NCBI RefSeq assembly: GCF_021028975.2
Contig: NC_059434.1
Span: 44,888,001-44,920,765, forward strand
Direction of reading: 5' to 3'
DNA from: Sphaerodactylus townsendi
Taxonomy: Eukaryota
Length of the DNA: 32,765 bases
Shown: positions 12,601 through 21,658 of the stretch, in pieces
Numbering within the stretch: position 1 is the first letter of the stretch
How the letters are laid out: each line of letters begins with the position of its first letter
Made by a program: the position numbers and the translations under genes
Notes under the pieces: generated by a model
Told to the model about the DNA's origin: nothing
What the model saw: only the letters and a program-made list of their open reading frames with translations
Databases searched by the model: none

Positions 12601-13135
12601 AATTAAAACATCTGCTATGACTCCATATTTCTAAGTGTATGTTTCACATCTTTTTTGAACCCAGATAAAGTATATTTAATGTTCGAAATGAAGCACTTAT
12701 TTCTGGTTCAGTTACATTTATATCTTTATTGGGGTTTAGAAACTAAGAGTACTTGCTAGGCAATAAATCCCATTCACTGAGGCTCAACTCTGAATAAATG
12801 TGCTGAGGTTTGGACTATAGAATTGTTAAAATAAGCAGTAGGGGCAGGAGAAGCCGAAATATTAAATGTGGTTTATCCTGTGCATCTATATAAAAATCCT
12901 TCACAAGCCACTTACAAATTATATTGTTGCTTCCATTATAGGTGGTGATTACACTGAAAAAGATGCTGGTCCATCTGGATATGATAATGGTATTATATGG
13001 GTAACCTGGCGTTCTCGATGGTATTCCATGAAGAAAACATCAATGAAACTTATTCCATTCAGCAGACTGGCAGCACTAGAAGGAGGACAAACGGGAGAAA
13101 TAAAACAGGGACTAGGAAATCGAGGAGACATTTAA
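3598..13135 (+). CDS. FGG: Fibrinogen gamma chain, spliced CDS: join(3598..3660,3762..3806,4134..4317,4603..4696,8570..8700,9735..9868,9965..10149,11869..12146,12942..13135); 1308 nt, 435 aa
   Basis: Manual translation gives signal peptide [21 protein letters not shown], mature start [23 protein letters not shown], coiled coil, CQRPC ring and a C-terminal FReD domain ([29 protein letters not shown]). All introns are GT-AG and phases are consistent. Confidence 0.98.
3762..3806 (+). CDS. FGG: FGG exon 2 ([15 protein letters not shown])
   Basis: 45 nt, acceptor TTAG, donor GTAAGT; peptide is the canonical gamma-chain N-terminus. Confidence 0.98.
4134..4317 (+). CDS. FGG: FGG exon 3 ([18 protein letters not shown]...DRTTQP)
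   Basis: 184 nt, CPTTC disulfide ring, N-glycosylation sequon NSS, acceptor TTTAG, donor GTAAGG. Confidence 0.97.
4337..4380. repeat. Exact 22-bp tandem duplication (TATAATGTAATACTTCCCAATA)x2
   Basis: Read directly, in FGG intron 3. Confidence 0.9.
4420..4551 (+). mobile_element. LINE (L2-like) 3' tail fragment with (TAAA)n
   Basis: TGTAAACCGCCCAGAGCCCTCCGGAGGTTGGGCGGTCTAT stem-loop followed by AATAAA(TAAA)n. Left boundary approximate. Confidence 0.7.
4603..4696 (+). CDS. FGG: FGG exon 4 ([32 protein letters not shown])
   Basis: 94 nt, acceptor TGCAG, donor GTATGT; coiled-coil segment in frame with its neighbours. Confidence 0.95.
5036..5468. mobile_element. hAT-like MITE, host of a nested MITE
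   Basis: Ends CATGGGTCTCCAAC...GGCTGGGGACCCCTG; target duplication TCCTAAGG (5028-5035) / TCCTCAGG (5469-5476). Confidence 0.75.
5287..5415. mobile_element. Palindromic Harbinger-like MITE nested in the hAT MITE
   Basis: Roughly 44-bp inverted ends GGCAGATTCCGCATGAGTCAAAAACAG.../...CTGTTTTTGGCCCATGCGGAATCCACC, flanked by TAA and TAT. Confidence 0.8.
6465..6938. mobile_element. GC-rich hAT-like MITE
   Basis: CAGAGG...CCTCTG inverted ends and a perfect 8-bp target duplication ACAAAAGG (6457-6464, 6939-6946). Confidence 0.88.
7644..8036. mobile_element. hAT-like non-autonomous element, left tip missing
   Basis: Right end GGCACCCGTGCCATAGGTTCGCCACCGCTG followed by the hAT-type target AACTAGAG. 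The left side begins at CCTTTTCGAGACCGAGTGCCC, next to a duplicated CATTGCATGTGCATCCC. Confidence 0.7.
8092..8415 (+). mobile_element. tRNA-derived squamate SINE (Squam3-like) with (TTC)n tail
   Basis: A box TGGTGTAGTGG, B-box-like GAGTTTGATTCCC, GGGCTAGTCACAG core, (TCT)n tail; homologous to the copy at 25620. Confidence 0.85.
8570..8700 (+). CDS. FGG: FGG exon 5 ([43 protein letters not shown])
   Basis: 131 nt, acceptor CTCCAG, donor GTATAA, second CxxPC ring. Confidence 0.96.
9242..9309. repeat. Compound microsatellite (TG)n followed by (TCCG/TCTG/TCCA)n
   Basis: Read directly. Confidence 0.9.
9735..9868 (+). CDS. FGG: FGG exon 6 ([20 protein letters not shown]...GNGWTIIQR)
   Basis: 134 nt, start of the fibrinogen C-terminal domain, acceptor ATAG, donor GTATGT. 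Confidence 0.97.
9965..10149 (+). CDS. FGG: FGG exon 7 ([24 protein letters not shown]...ELEDWSGQR)
   Basis: 185 nt, EFWLGNEK motif, acceptor TTAG, donor GTATAG. Confidence 0.97.
10280..10375 (+). mobile_element. Old tRNA-derived SINE 5' part, interrupted at ~10379 by a Harbinger-like end (GGTGGATTC)
   Basis: TGTGGTATGATGGTTAGAGTGTTGGACTAGGATCTGGGAAACCAGCTTCAAATTC (A/B box remnants); the following TAAGGTGGATTC resembles the terminus of the 5287 MITE. Confidence 0.6.
11869..12146 (+). CDS. FGG: FGG exon 8 ([10 protein letters not shown]...HLNGKYYR)
   Basis: 278 nt inside ORF 11852..12211; Ca-binding DNDK loop and polymerisation-pocket residues; acceptor AACAG, donor GTAATA. Confidence 0.98.
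12942..13135 (+). CDS. FGG: FGG terminal exon 9 ([23 protein letters not shown]...[12 protein letters not shown])
   Basis: Acceptor TATAG, open frame to TAA at 13133-13135; no GT donor after the KQ codons. Confidence 0.95.
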
Positions 13136-13281
13136 AAAGATAATACAAAGCCGATTCTAAATTTAATTAATGACAACTTTATGCCTAAACAAAATTTGAG
13201 CATATTCCATACTGTGTTCTGGTAGAAAATATTCCATGAGCTATTTTAACTGTGATCTCATTTAACTAACAAGTATACAAG

Positions 13282-13865
13282 GGCCATTTCCACACTGTCA
13301 AAATATCCTGGGTTGAGCAAAAAATATCCCTCTGAAGCTGAGAATTCCACTTGGTTCCTGGTGCTAAAGCGGGCCTGCCTTGGTGTTGCCCCACGATATT
13401 TCCCTTACCCAAGGATTTTAAAAAATCACCAGTTTGGAGGTTTTTTTAAAAAAAATCCTGGTGTGACCCTGCTTGTGCCTGCTTCTGTGCAAAAAACAAT
13501 CAGGAGCAGAACCAGATTATTTTTCCCACCCAGCTGCCTGATCTCCCTGCCTGACGTTCATTCAAGCTGTCAATCAAAAACAACAGCCAATCTGAACGCA
13601 GAACACCAGGCACACTCAGAGATGCTTGCAGCTTTCACTCAAACAGCCAATCAGAATGCAGGACACAGTGCATGCTCAGATATGTTTCCGAAGTAAATAC
13701 AGAAGTCCAGGGCTTGTGTGAAAGAAATTGGAGTATTTCTTCCCAGTTTTCAATGGATTCCTTCAAAAAGTGGGCAGCCATGTGGACGGACACCCCAGAA
13801 TAAAATAGACCCAGGTTTTTAAAAAAGATGGTGCGTAGGTATAATTTTGCCATGTGGAAACAGCC
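13282..13865. mobile_element. Harbinger-like MITE just downstream of the FGG stop codon
   Basis: Imperfect inverted ends: GGCCATTTCCACACTGTCAAAATAT versus reverse complement GGCTGTTTCCACATGGCAAAATTAT. No clear target duplication. Confidence 0.65.
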
Positions 13866-14482
13866 ACGTACAGTCTCATTATTACAAAAGAACCAGCTTA
13901 GATATTTCAAATATTTTATTTTCAAACTCAAATTCTATCAGTATGAATCACCAGTATATGAAATTTGCTGCCACAGGTTATGGTGATGGCAACTCATGTG
14001 TAAAACTATATCAATGGCTATTAGCCATGTAAGCTGAATCTTCCTCTTTAATTACACAAATACAGTTGCTGCGGGGGGGTGGGGGAGTAGGGGAGGGCTG
14101 TTCTACTTCTGGATTTTCCTGATTCCTGGGATTAGATCCAAACATCTTTTCCCACTCAGTCTTATTCAGTCATCGTTGTTACTACATCATTTGTTCCACA
14201 TGGGTTTTGTCCACATGGGTTTCATCACTCCCCTGGAAATCAAAGAATACCTGCCTATTTTCACCTGTGGAGAAGCTGGTTGGAACAAACCCCTGATCTA
14301 GATGAGACTTTAGTCCAGCCAGGCCCTTCTTGTGTTCCTAAACACCTATCAGAAACAAATCAGTCAGATTTTTCCTGGAAGGAAAAATATAGTTATTTCT
14401 TTTCTATTGTACACTGGAGATGTTTAAAAACATTTTAACATAGGTTTTGCTTGACAAGTTCACAAAACAAAATGGCCATCTG

Positions 14483-14675
14483 TGCCATCTGTGAAGAACG
14501 ACTTGGATATTGATATTTTGATTTTAGAATTAGATCCCAAATTATAAACAAAGCCAAAGTGAAATTAATGTGAATTCAGTAAATTCACATTAATTTCACT
14601 TTGGCTTTGGTTATAATTTGGGATCTAATTCTAAAATCAAAATATCAATATCCAAGTCATTCTTCACAGATGGCA
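14483..14675. repeat. Near-perfect inverted repeat, 94-bp arms with a 5-nt spacer
   Basis: Arms 14483-14576 and 14582-14675 are reverse complements with 2 mismatches; spacer CAGTA. Confidence 0.95.
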
Positions 14676-16150
14676 TAAAAGATATTAACTGCCCATATTC
14701 TATAAGCACTGAATTAACATGAAGAATTAATGGGGCTTTTTTTGTGATAGGTCTCACTGATAATGAATCCTGACCCTTTCCACACAAATTCCTGAAAATG
14801 TTTTGCCACCATTTTGTGGTAGTTCTGGGTTGTTGTTTATTAATTCTCTGTGGATTCGATGCTATGATGCTTTAAGGCCTCGTACAGTGGTTCTCATAGG
14901 TTGTGTACATCAAGCTTTGAATATTCAATCCCCCAAAATAATTTATAAAGAACTGAACAAATAAACAGGTGAGTCAGCAGAGCAAGCTCAGAAAATGGAG
15001 CCGAGGAGAAAGTCCGCAAACTGCAGAAAAACATGGGAAACGTTTTAAAGAGATACGCACAGAAAGTTAAAAAAAATTGAAACTGTTTCAACAAAGAATT
15101 GCTAAAATGGAGAATGTATTTAAAATGTTTTGAGGCTGGAAATAAATTGCTCTGGTGGAGCGGAACTATGCAGAACTCCTCAGAGGAAACATTTTATTTC
15201 TTGCCTTGACATGTTTTATTGTGGTTGTGCAGAAAGAGCTACTAGCATCCTTTTTCAGGGGTCTCTCAAGTCCTGAGGGAAAAATTGGTAAAATTGGTAC
15301 AATCGTGTATATGATTACAGGGACCTTTTGTTTTACAACAGCAACAAAAAAGCATTGAGTCTTCCACTAGGTTGTGAGGGGAAAATACAAATAGCTCACA
15401 AATGCCATCCTTTCAAGCATGAATACTGAAGTTACTGGATTGTGTTGGCATGTAACAGTAATAGAATAATGTCTATGTGTACATAACTTTGCAATATGAT
15501 CTAAAACTGCTCTGGATTAGAATCACTTTTTGTGGTTGCTGTTCAGTATGTGCTGTCTATTTCAATAAAATTCAAAAAAATAAAATTTGTCTAAATAGGC
15601 CTCCCCAATGCATATAATTCTGCTAAAGTTCAAAATTATCATCAAAACATTAGTTCAAAAATATGTACTTGTAGTCCTTTTAATCCATCAGTATACATAC
15701 TGCACAGACATCCAAAATGTACTATAATATCACATATATTTGTCAAATGTTCCTTTATTTAAGTTTGCCTGTGTTTTATTGGAGGTGGTCAATTGCATTT
15801 TTAAAGGCATATTGTTTTGTGAATAAAACCTAACACTACCAAATTTGGTAGCATGTTAAATGTGTCTCATGGCTAAATCATTGTATTTCTTCCTGTTGTA
15901 GAGATGTTTCGGTTCCAGAATGAGTCTTGCTTAATTTATACTGCTTATTCCCAGTTTTTTGTTCAAGGGGATCTATTCTTCTTTTAAAATTGCTTTTATT
16001 GTCTCTTGATTGAATGGGAGCATTACTCTTTAAACTACTCTAGCCTTAGGCCACCCTGTTACCAGCAGCATTGCTAGTGCCACTACTTATCCTCTGGTCA
16101 TTCTGTAAAGGAGTAATAAGTACCACCTTTGGCTTCAGACTGCCCTGTAA

Positions 16151-16312
16151 CAGAGCCATAGTCAGGGGGAACTGCACCCGGGGCACGTGTATGCCCTGTG
16201 CCCCTGCCACGCCCCTGCCAACAATGCCACGCCCCAGAATGACCACACCCATGCATCAGCATGCGCCCGGTGCAAGACGTCCCCGCCCTGTCCCCTGGGC
16301 GCTACGCCACTA
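16151..16312. mobile_element. Short GC-rich hAT-like MITE
   Basis: CAGAGCCATAG...GCTACGCCACTA ends; internally similar to the copies at 19204 and (inverted) 20588. Confidence 0.65.
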
Positions 16313-17169
16313 GTGTAGTGAAACCCACCAATCAAAGAGCAGTATGTTGCTGGTACCCCTGTAAACGGCACACATTAGCTCAATCAACCAACGTGGTCTC
16401 AATCCCTTTGTTGTCAGCCAGATGCCCCCCAGATGCAGATGCACCAAGGGAAGAAGCACTGTTACCTGCCCAAGAATGAGCCCAGGAGTGAGTCAGAGAA
16501 TTCTGAAGATAGGAATTCTAGTCACTATCTGCAGCCAAGTTCTCTTTTTCCAAGAGCACACACAAGGAAGAAAATGTGGCTTTTCCAGTCACAGCATTCC
16601 TATATTTCCATAGCTCACACAGCTGGTGTAGCCACAATAGGACATCTATGGATTCAAAGATCTGGTTTCCAGGGAAGGGAGTGGACTCTAGGTTGCACAG
16701 TCCTGCACATCACCCCCTTTGTCAAGCAATGGGAATGCAGACAGGGAGACAGCAACATGGAGACACACAAGTGTACCCTCCACAAGTGAGAGGCATGGGT
16801 TCAACTCCCAGGAAGCAGGATGCTAGATAGAAGGCAAATCTCATTTTGTGTCCAGCAACAGACCAAACAGCTGCAAAACTGGAGGCACGCTAGAACTCAT
16901 TCCTTCTTAATCACTCCCCTAACTGTGTGCACAGGAATAACTCAAAGAGCATTCAGCTCTCCTCAGCAGCTCTGACGTCTGCACCAACTATATAGAACAT
17001 GGCAGGAAGGACTGTGCAGAACACATAGCAGAGTGAAGAGATATGTAACAAAGGGTCTTGGTTCAAAAACTATCATGGCTGGAGAGCTCTGAGACAGTCT
17101 GAGAGAGTGCCATACCCATCTGAGATTTTACCTCATGGAACCAAATCATGTGAGATGCTGATTGGCTGC

Positions 17170-18683
17170 TGTAACGAACTTGCCCCACCCTGAAGGGCTG
17201 GCGTACAGCAGGCCTAGTTAAGAAGGCCTTAGCAACAGCCAGAGTAAAGAAAAAGGCTCCACAAGCAAAGAACCCACCTGATTGGTTGGAAAAGGTCCAA
17301 TAACATTTGGCCAAAGCTAGGGGGAGCTAATGTGCTTACAGCACTTAGAGTGAGGACAGTTAGAGTCTGTCAGAGAGCAGTCGAGACTGAAGATCAGTCA
17401 GAGTTTGGGGTCTGAAACTGACAGTTGAGAGAGAGAAGGATTCTGACTCAGCTGTGTTAGCTGTCAGGATCCAGCGCGGAGGAGGCTTGCTAGAGGGTGG
17501 AGGCCCTGAGGCTGGCGGAAAGGGACCTGCCGGCCAGAGGCTTGTCAGTAGACCAGACCCAGGAGTCTGTCCTGCCCAGTTCAACACCAGTCTTGGGAGG
17601 CCCAGTCCAGTGACAAGTTTGGCCAGTTTGGGACAGTGGGAGAGGGAGGCTTGTATGCCAGAATCTCACAGGGCATAGACTGGGTGTGTGTTGATTCAGT
17701 GGGGTGAGGTACAGCAAAAGACTAGTGTCTGTCAGTAAAGAAGGTTGATATTTTAAAGAAAAACCTTTCTCTGAAGAGACACCTGCGTGTGTCTGTGTGA
17801 AACTAAAGTGCCAACAACGTCTCTGAAACCTAAGTGAAAAGAACCTCTCTGTAACCGCCAAGCTTTAGTACCTCTCTGAGCCAGTTTTAAAGAAGCCTTC
17901 CTTTTGTTTTAAAAATAAATTTCAATTACCGTGTTCAAATTCCCTCGTGCCTGTGAAAGTCTGTGTGTGTGTGTCTTTAGAAGTCTATAAAATTATGCAT
18001 GGGGTAGAAAATGTTGACAGAGATAAATTTTTCTCTCTTTCTCACAATACTAGAACCAGGGGGCATTCATTGAAAATGCTGGGGGGAAGAATTAGGACTA
18101 ATAAAAGGAAACACTTCATGCAACGTGTGATTGGTGTTTGGAATATGCTGCCACAGGAGGTGGTGATGGCCACTAACCTGGATAGCTTTAAAAAGGGCTT
18201 GGACAGATTTATGGAGAAGTCAATCTATGACTACCAATCTTGATCCTCCTTGATCTCAGATTGCAAATGCCTTAGCAGACCAGGTGCTCAGGAGCAGCAG
18301 CAGCAGAAGGCCATTGCTTTCACATCCTGCATGTGAGCTCACAAAGGCACCTGGTGGGCCACTGCGAGTAGCAGAATGCTGGACTAGATGGACTCTGGTC
18401 TGATCCAGCAGGCTAGTTTTTATGTTCTTCTTAGAGTGGGTGACTGGCTAGAAACCCCAGCAATTAGGAGTTCCCTCCAAAACAGTTAAAGGGACTCTGA
18501 AGTAATTTCCCCTCAAGTCAGAGTGGGAGAGAGGTGGGAATCTTTAAAGCCTTGGTGACTAGTAACAGTGTGGGGGTCTCTAGTTATCTGAATTAAATGG
18601 TGGCAGCGAAAAGTTAATTAAAAGGAGGGTTCCTGAAAACAGCTACCAGGAATCCTTTCTACCAGAAGCTTCGACCCGTTACA
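17170..18683 (+). mobile_element. Solo LTR (~1.06 kb excluding the nested CR1)
   Basis: Perfect inverted termini TGTAACG...CGTTACA, 5-bp target duplication GCTGC (17165-17169, 18684-18688), internal AATAAA at 17914-17919. Confidence 0.85.
17978..18429 (+). mobile_element. CR1 LINE, 5'-truncated (ORF2 C-terminus and 3' UTR), nested in the solo LTR
   Basis: Translates as EVYKIMHGVENVDRDKFFSLSHNTRTRGHSLKM...WNMLPQEVVMATNLDSFKKGLDRFM; 3' end TGGACTAGATGGAC...GGTCTGATCCAGCAGG...TTATGTTCTT. Confidence 0.93.
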
Positions 18684-19203
18684 GCTGCCCTGCATAGCCA
18701 CCATTTTGGCTGGCAAGGCTCCCATGCACCAAGAGATGTCATAATTTTTGCCCCCTCCCATACATCTCAGGACCTATTGGAGGACATCAAACCACCATTC
18801 TTGCCTGCTTCCCCTTGCACAAACTTCCCCTTGTATCAAACCCCAGCAGTAGTGTGACGGAGTGTGCAACCTGGATTCGCTTTCCCATGCAAGAGTGTAC
18901 ATCTGCCATCCTCAGGTCACCCTGTACCTTTCCTGGTTGGAACCACATGTTGAGACAGCTGGAGTCAGGAACCAGTGAAGAGGACCCAAATCTAATCTGT
19001 CAAGCCCCAATAAAACAGAGACAGTCATAGACCAAATCTAATATCTATTGAACAGCATGAAAAGACTAGAATCAAGCCAGATTATTGGGGTTGCCAACAG
19101 CCTCATTCTGGTGAGGCTCCTGGGTTTATGTAAGCAACACTGACATCCTCCTGAGTCACAGGTAGAACTGACCCAATTACATGCTGCACTTTTCCCCCGT
19201 AGG

Positions 19204-19339
19204 CAGAGCCGTAGCAAGGAGGAACTGTGCCCAGGGAACATTTGTGTCCTATACCCCTCCCATGCCCCGCCACACCCCTGCCATGCCCCTCCACTGGCTC
19301 GCACCTGGTGCAAGATGCCTCCTAGGCACTACATCACTG
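19204..19339. mobile_element. Short GC-rich hAT-like MITE
   Basis: CAGAGCCGTAG...CTACATCACTG ends; degenerate target duplication CCCGTAGG / CCCATAGC. Confidence 0.7.
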
Positions 19340-20587
19340 CCCATAGCGCTAGGTTCAATTAAAACCAATTAACAACATACTATAGGTCAGTTTAGACTAC
19401 TTTTTGTACACTACAAGATGGTAAAAACTGCAATCATTTAGGAAAAATAAACTGGATGGGAAAACCAAAAGGAAGGGAAGAGGAGGGAGGAGTAAAGAGG
19501 AGTAAAGGGGGAGAGAATGCAGAAGCCAAGATGTGAACTGCTGCTATCCTCAGCCATATACCTGATGGAACACTTCTGGCTTACAGGCGTTATGGATCTG
19601 TAATAAGTCCCGCATGGCCCTGGTCTTGCTCAGCAGAGCATTGTATCAGGTTGCTTTGTTGCTTTGACCCAGATATGGCAACATTTTCCATGTGCTTTCC
19701 CAGTAACTACACTTGTGCATTAAGAAATGCTACGCTGTTCATTTTTCTTCCTTGATATGCATACAGGCAAGTTCTATGAAGATCCTACTTATGTCTGCAT
19801 TATAACCATGAAAAACTGGGAGCCCACAAGGAATCATGGGAGGCAGGAGACAATTTGGAATCACTGCAGTCTCAACCTCTAGGGTTCTCTCAGTTCTCAG
19901 GACTATGAGCAGGCCAATTTCTCCTCTCTTTTTCTTTTAAATTAATCTGATCTTCTCGGGCATATTTGTTGTTCATCAGACTACCAAATAGTCTTTGCAA
20001 AGTCATATTTCACTGTATGTCTAGGAAGCCTCCTGCATATGTAGAGATCCAGCTTTGTCTGTGGGTGCCCAGTTAGCAATTTTATGGCTCTGCCAGTTAA
20101 ATGTTAGATAAGCTACAGAACTTTGAATTTTATTAATGACTTTTACTTTGTATTCTACCAACGAAAAAGGAATTATGATTGTTAAGTTAATCAGAAAGAA
20201 CATTCTTACCAGCCAAAATCCAAACAATTGCTTACAGTATACCCAAAAGCTTGGACATGTCTAGTGGCTTTTAAACTTTATTTCTGATGTCCCCTGCAGC
20301 CTGTGATCTTATATCAAAAAATACTTTTTGAAACTCTGATCAGGTTCATATTGCCCCCACACCCAATTTGTCCTACAGCCAGGAAAAGGAAAAGAACTCC
20401 ACCTTTTTTTGTTTTATAGGATGAAGTTGTTCTCTAAAGAGAAGCAGAAGGTGTGACTTCGCTGGAAGTTCTTCAGTGGGCAGCAAAGACATGTTCAAAG
20501 GCTGGGGAGGAAAATACTTTTAATCTCAAATAAATTAAAGCTATATATGCTGAAAGAACAGGATATGGCTGTTGCTGTCCTGAGGCT

Positions 20588-20826
20588 CAGAGGCGTAGCT
20601 CCAAGAGGGTGGGGGGAACATGCGATGCACTGGGCGCGTGCCCCTGCGGGGGTATGGCGAGGGCGTTCCAGGGGCATGGCGGGGGCGTTCCAGGGGCATG
20701 GCGGGGGTATTCCGAGGCATGGTGGGGCGGGGGGGCAGGGCAGGGTGGGACGGAGCGAACAGGTGCTTGGCAGGGGCGAGGGACGCACCAGTGCACTGGG
20801 CGCTTTCCCCCCTTGCTCCGTCCCTG
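20588..20826. mobile_element. GC-rich hAT-like MITE with internal ~22-bp tandem repeats
   Basis: CAGAGGCGTAGC...GCTCCGTCCCTG ends; target duplication CTGAGGCT / CTGAGACT; repeated GGGCGTTCCAGGGGCATGGCGG. Confidence 0.8.
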
Positions 20827-20932
20827 CTGAGACTACTTCTGATGCTGTTCCAGCAATGTTTGGATCTGGAAGATCATGTAGGGATGATGATGTCAGTTTA
20901 CCCACTTTAATGTCATATGGGGAAGACTGAAT

Positions 20933-21006
20933 AGTGCTATGGGGTGTAGTCACTATTGTCTATGCTCAAGTGCTTTGGGGTGTAGCAACTCTGTTGTCTA
21001 TGCTCA
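20933..21006. repeat. Imperfect ~37-bp tandem duplication
   Basis: AGTGCTATGGGGTGTAGTCACTATTGTCTATGCTCA / AGTGCTTTGGGGTGTAGCAACTCTGTTGTCTATGCTCA. Confidence 0.85.
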
Positions 21007-21122
21007 AAATTACCAGAGCCATATGAAAAATGGACACACCATGCCAACAATCACATCACTCCTGCGATTCAAGAAATACCAATATGTTATGCCAGATATA
21101 TTACATCAGTGAAGACAGTTGC

Positions 21123-21316
21123 AGGTGGATAGCTATGTTGGTCTTCAGTAAAAGAGCAAGATTCAGGTCTAGCAGCACCTTACAGGCCAATGAGATTTTT
21201 AGAGAATAGACTATCAAGAGCCAAATTATCTAATGGAAGGAGCTTTAACTTTGAAGGGTTTATACCATGTAAATCTTGTTGGTCTTCAAACTGCTCCTGG
21301 ACTCACATCTTGTTCA
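21123..21316. mobile_element. Degenerate Penelope-type foldback fragment
   Basis: Self-complementary halves GAGCAAGATTCAGGTCTAGCAGCACCTTACAGGCCAATGAGATTT and AAATCTTGTTGGTCTTCAAACTGCTCCTGGACTCACATCTTGTTC, resembling reptilian Penelope inverted pseudo-LTR remnants. Family assignment is from recall. Confidence 0.6.
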
Positions 21317-21400
21317 TATTACAGCAATGTTTGCCAAAATTTAGCATTTCCTCTCCATAGTCTATTTCAAAACTCTAAAAAAAACAATTTTTGATGTTTT

Positions 21401-21658
21401 TTCCTGGAAGAGGTTATGATTATCCATCACCAACAACCTCCCATCTCTCATGTTTACTGGCATTGTGCAAGTGTACCTCCAGCAAACAAACGTTTGAGCA
21501 ATAGATAGTAGGTCCAGGCTAAGATATCCGTCGCTCTGTAAACAGAAGGAAACAAATCATTAATCTAGAGGGGGTTTGGGGTTTTTTTAAGGTTTAAATT
21601 CAACCAAAGCCCCAAAGTTAAAGTCATCCCTTTGTGTGAGATCCACAGCTTTCTGAAG
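21401..21658 (+). promoter_or_regulatory. FGA proximal promoter: STAT (GAS), FOXA-like, C/EBP, HNF1-like and TATA-like motifs
   Basis: TTCCTGGAA at 21401-21409, GCAAACAAAC near 21482, TTGAGCAAT at 21494-21502, CAAATCATTAATC near 21553-21565, TTTAAATT at 21593. These match known liver and acute-phase control of FGA. Motif match only. Confidence 0.6.

Noticed and set aside
14980-15133. Coiled-coil-looking peptide (EEKVRKLQKNMGNVLKRYAQKVKK..LKLFQQRIAKMENVF) as an extra or pseudo exon
   Set aside because: Needs a frameshift in an A8 run, has no good acceptor, and resembles no family I recognise; A-rich composition can explain it. A tBLASTx search would settle it.
16320-16830. Several short ORFs in the intergenic region
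   Set aside because: No recognisable protein motif or exon structure; possibly decayed repeat sequence that I cannot assign.
17947-18243. 98-aa ORF as a host gene
   Set aside because: It is the C-terminal end of CR1 ORF2, 5'-truncated and nested in an LTR.
20495-20953. Overlapping Gly/Pro/Ala-rich ORFs
   Set aside because: Produced by the GC-rich MITE at 20588-20826 and its internal tandem repeats.
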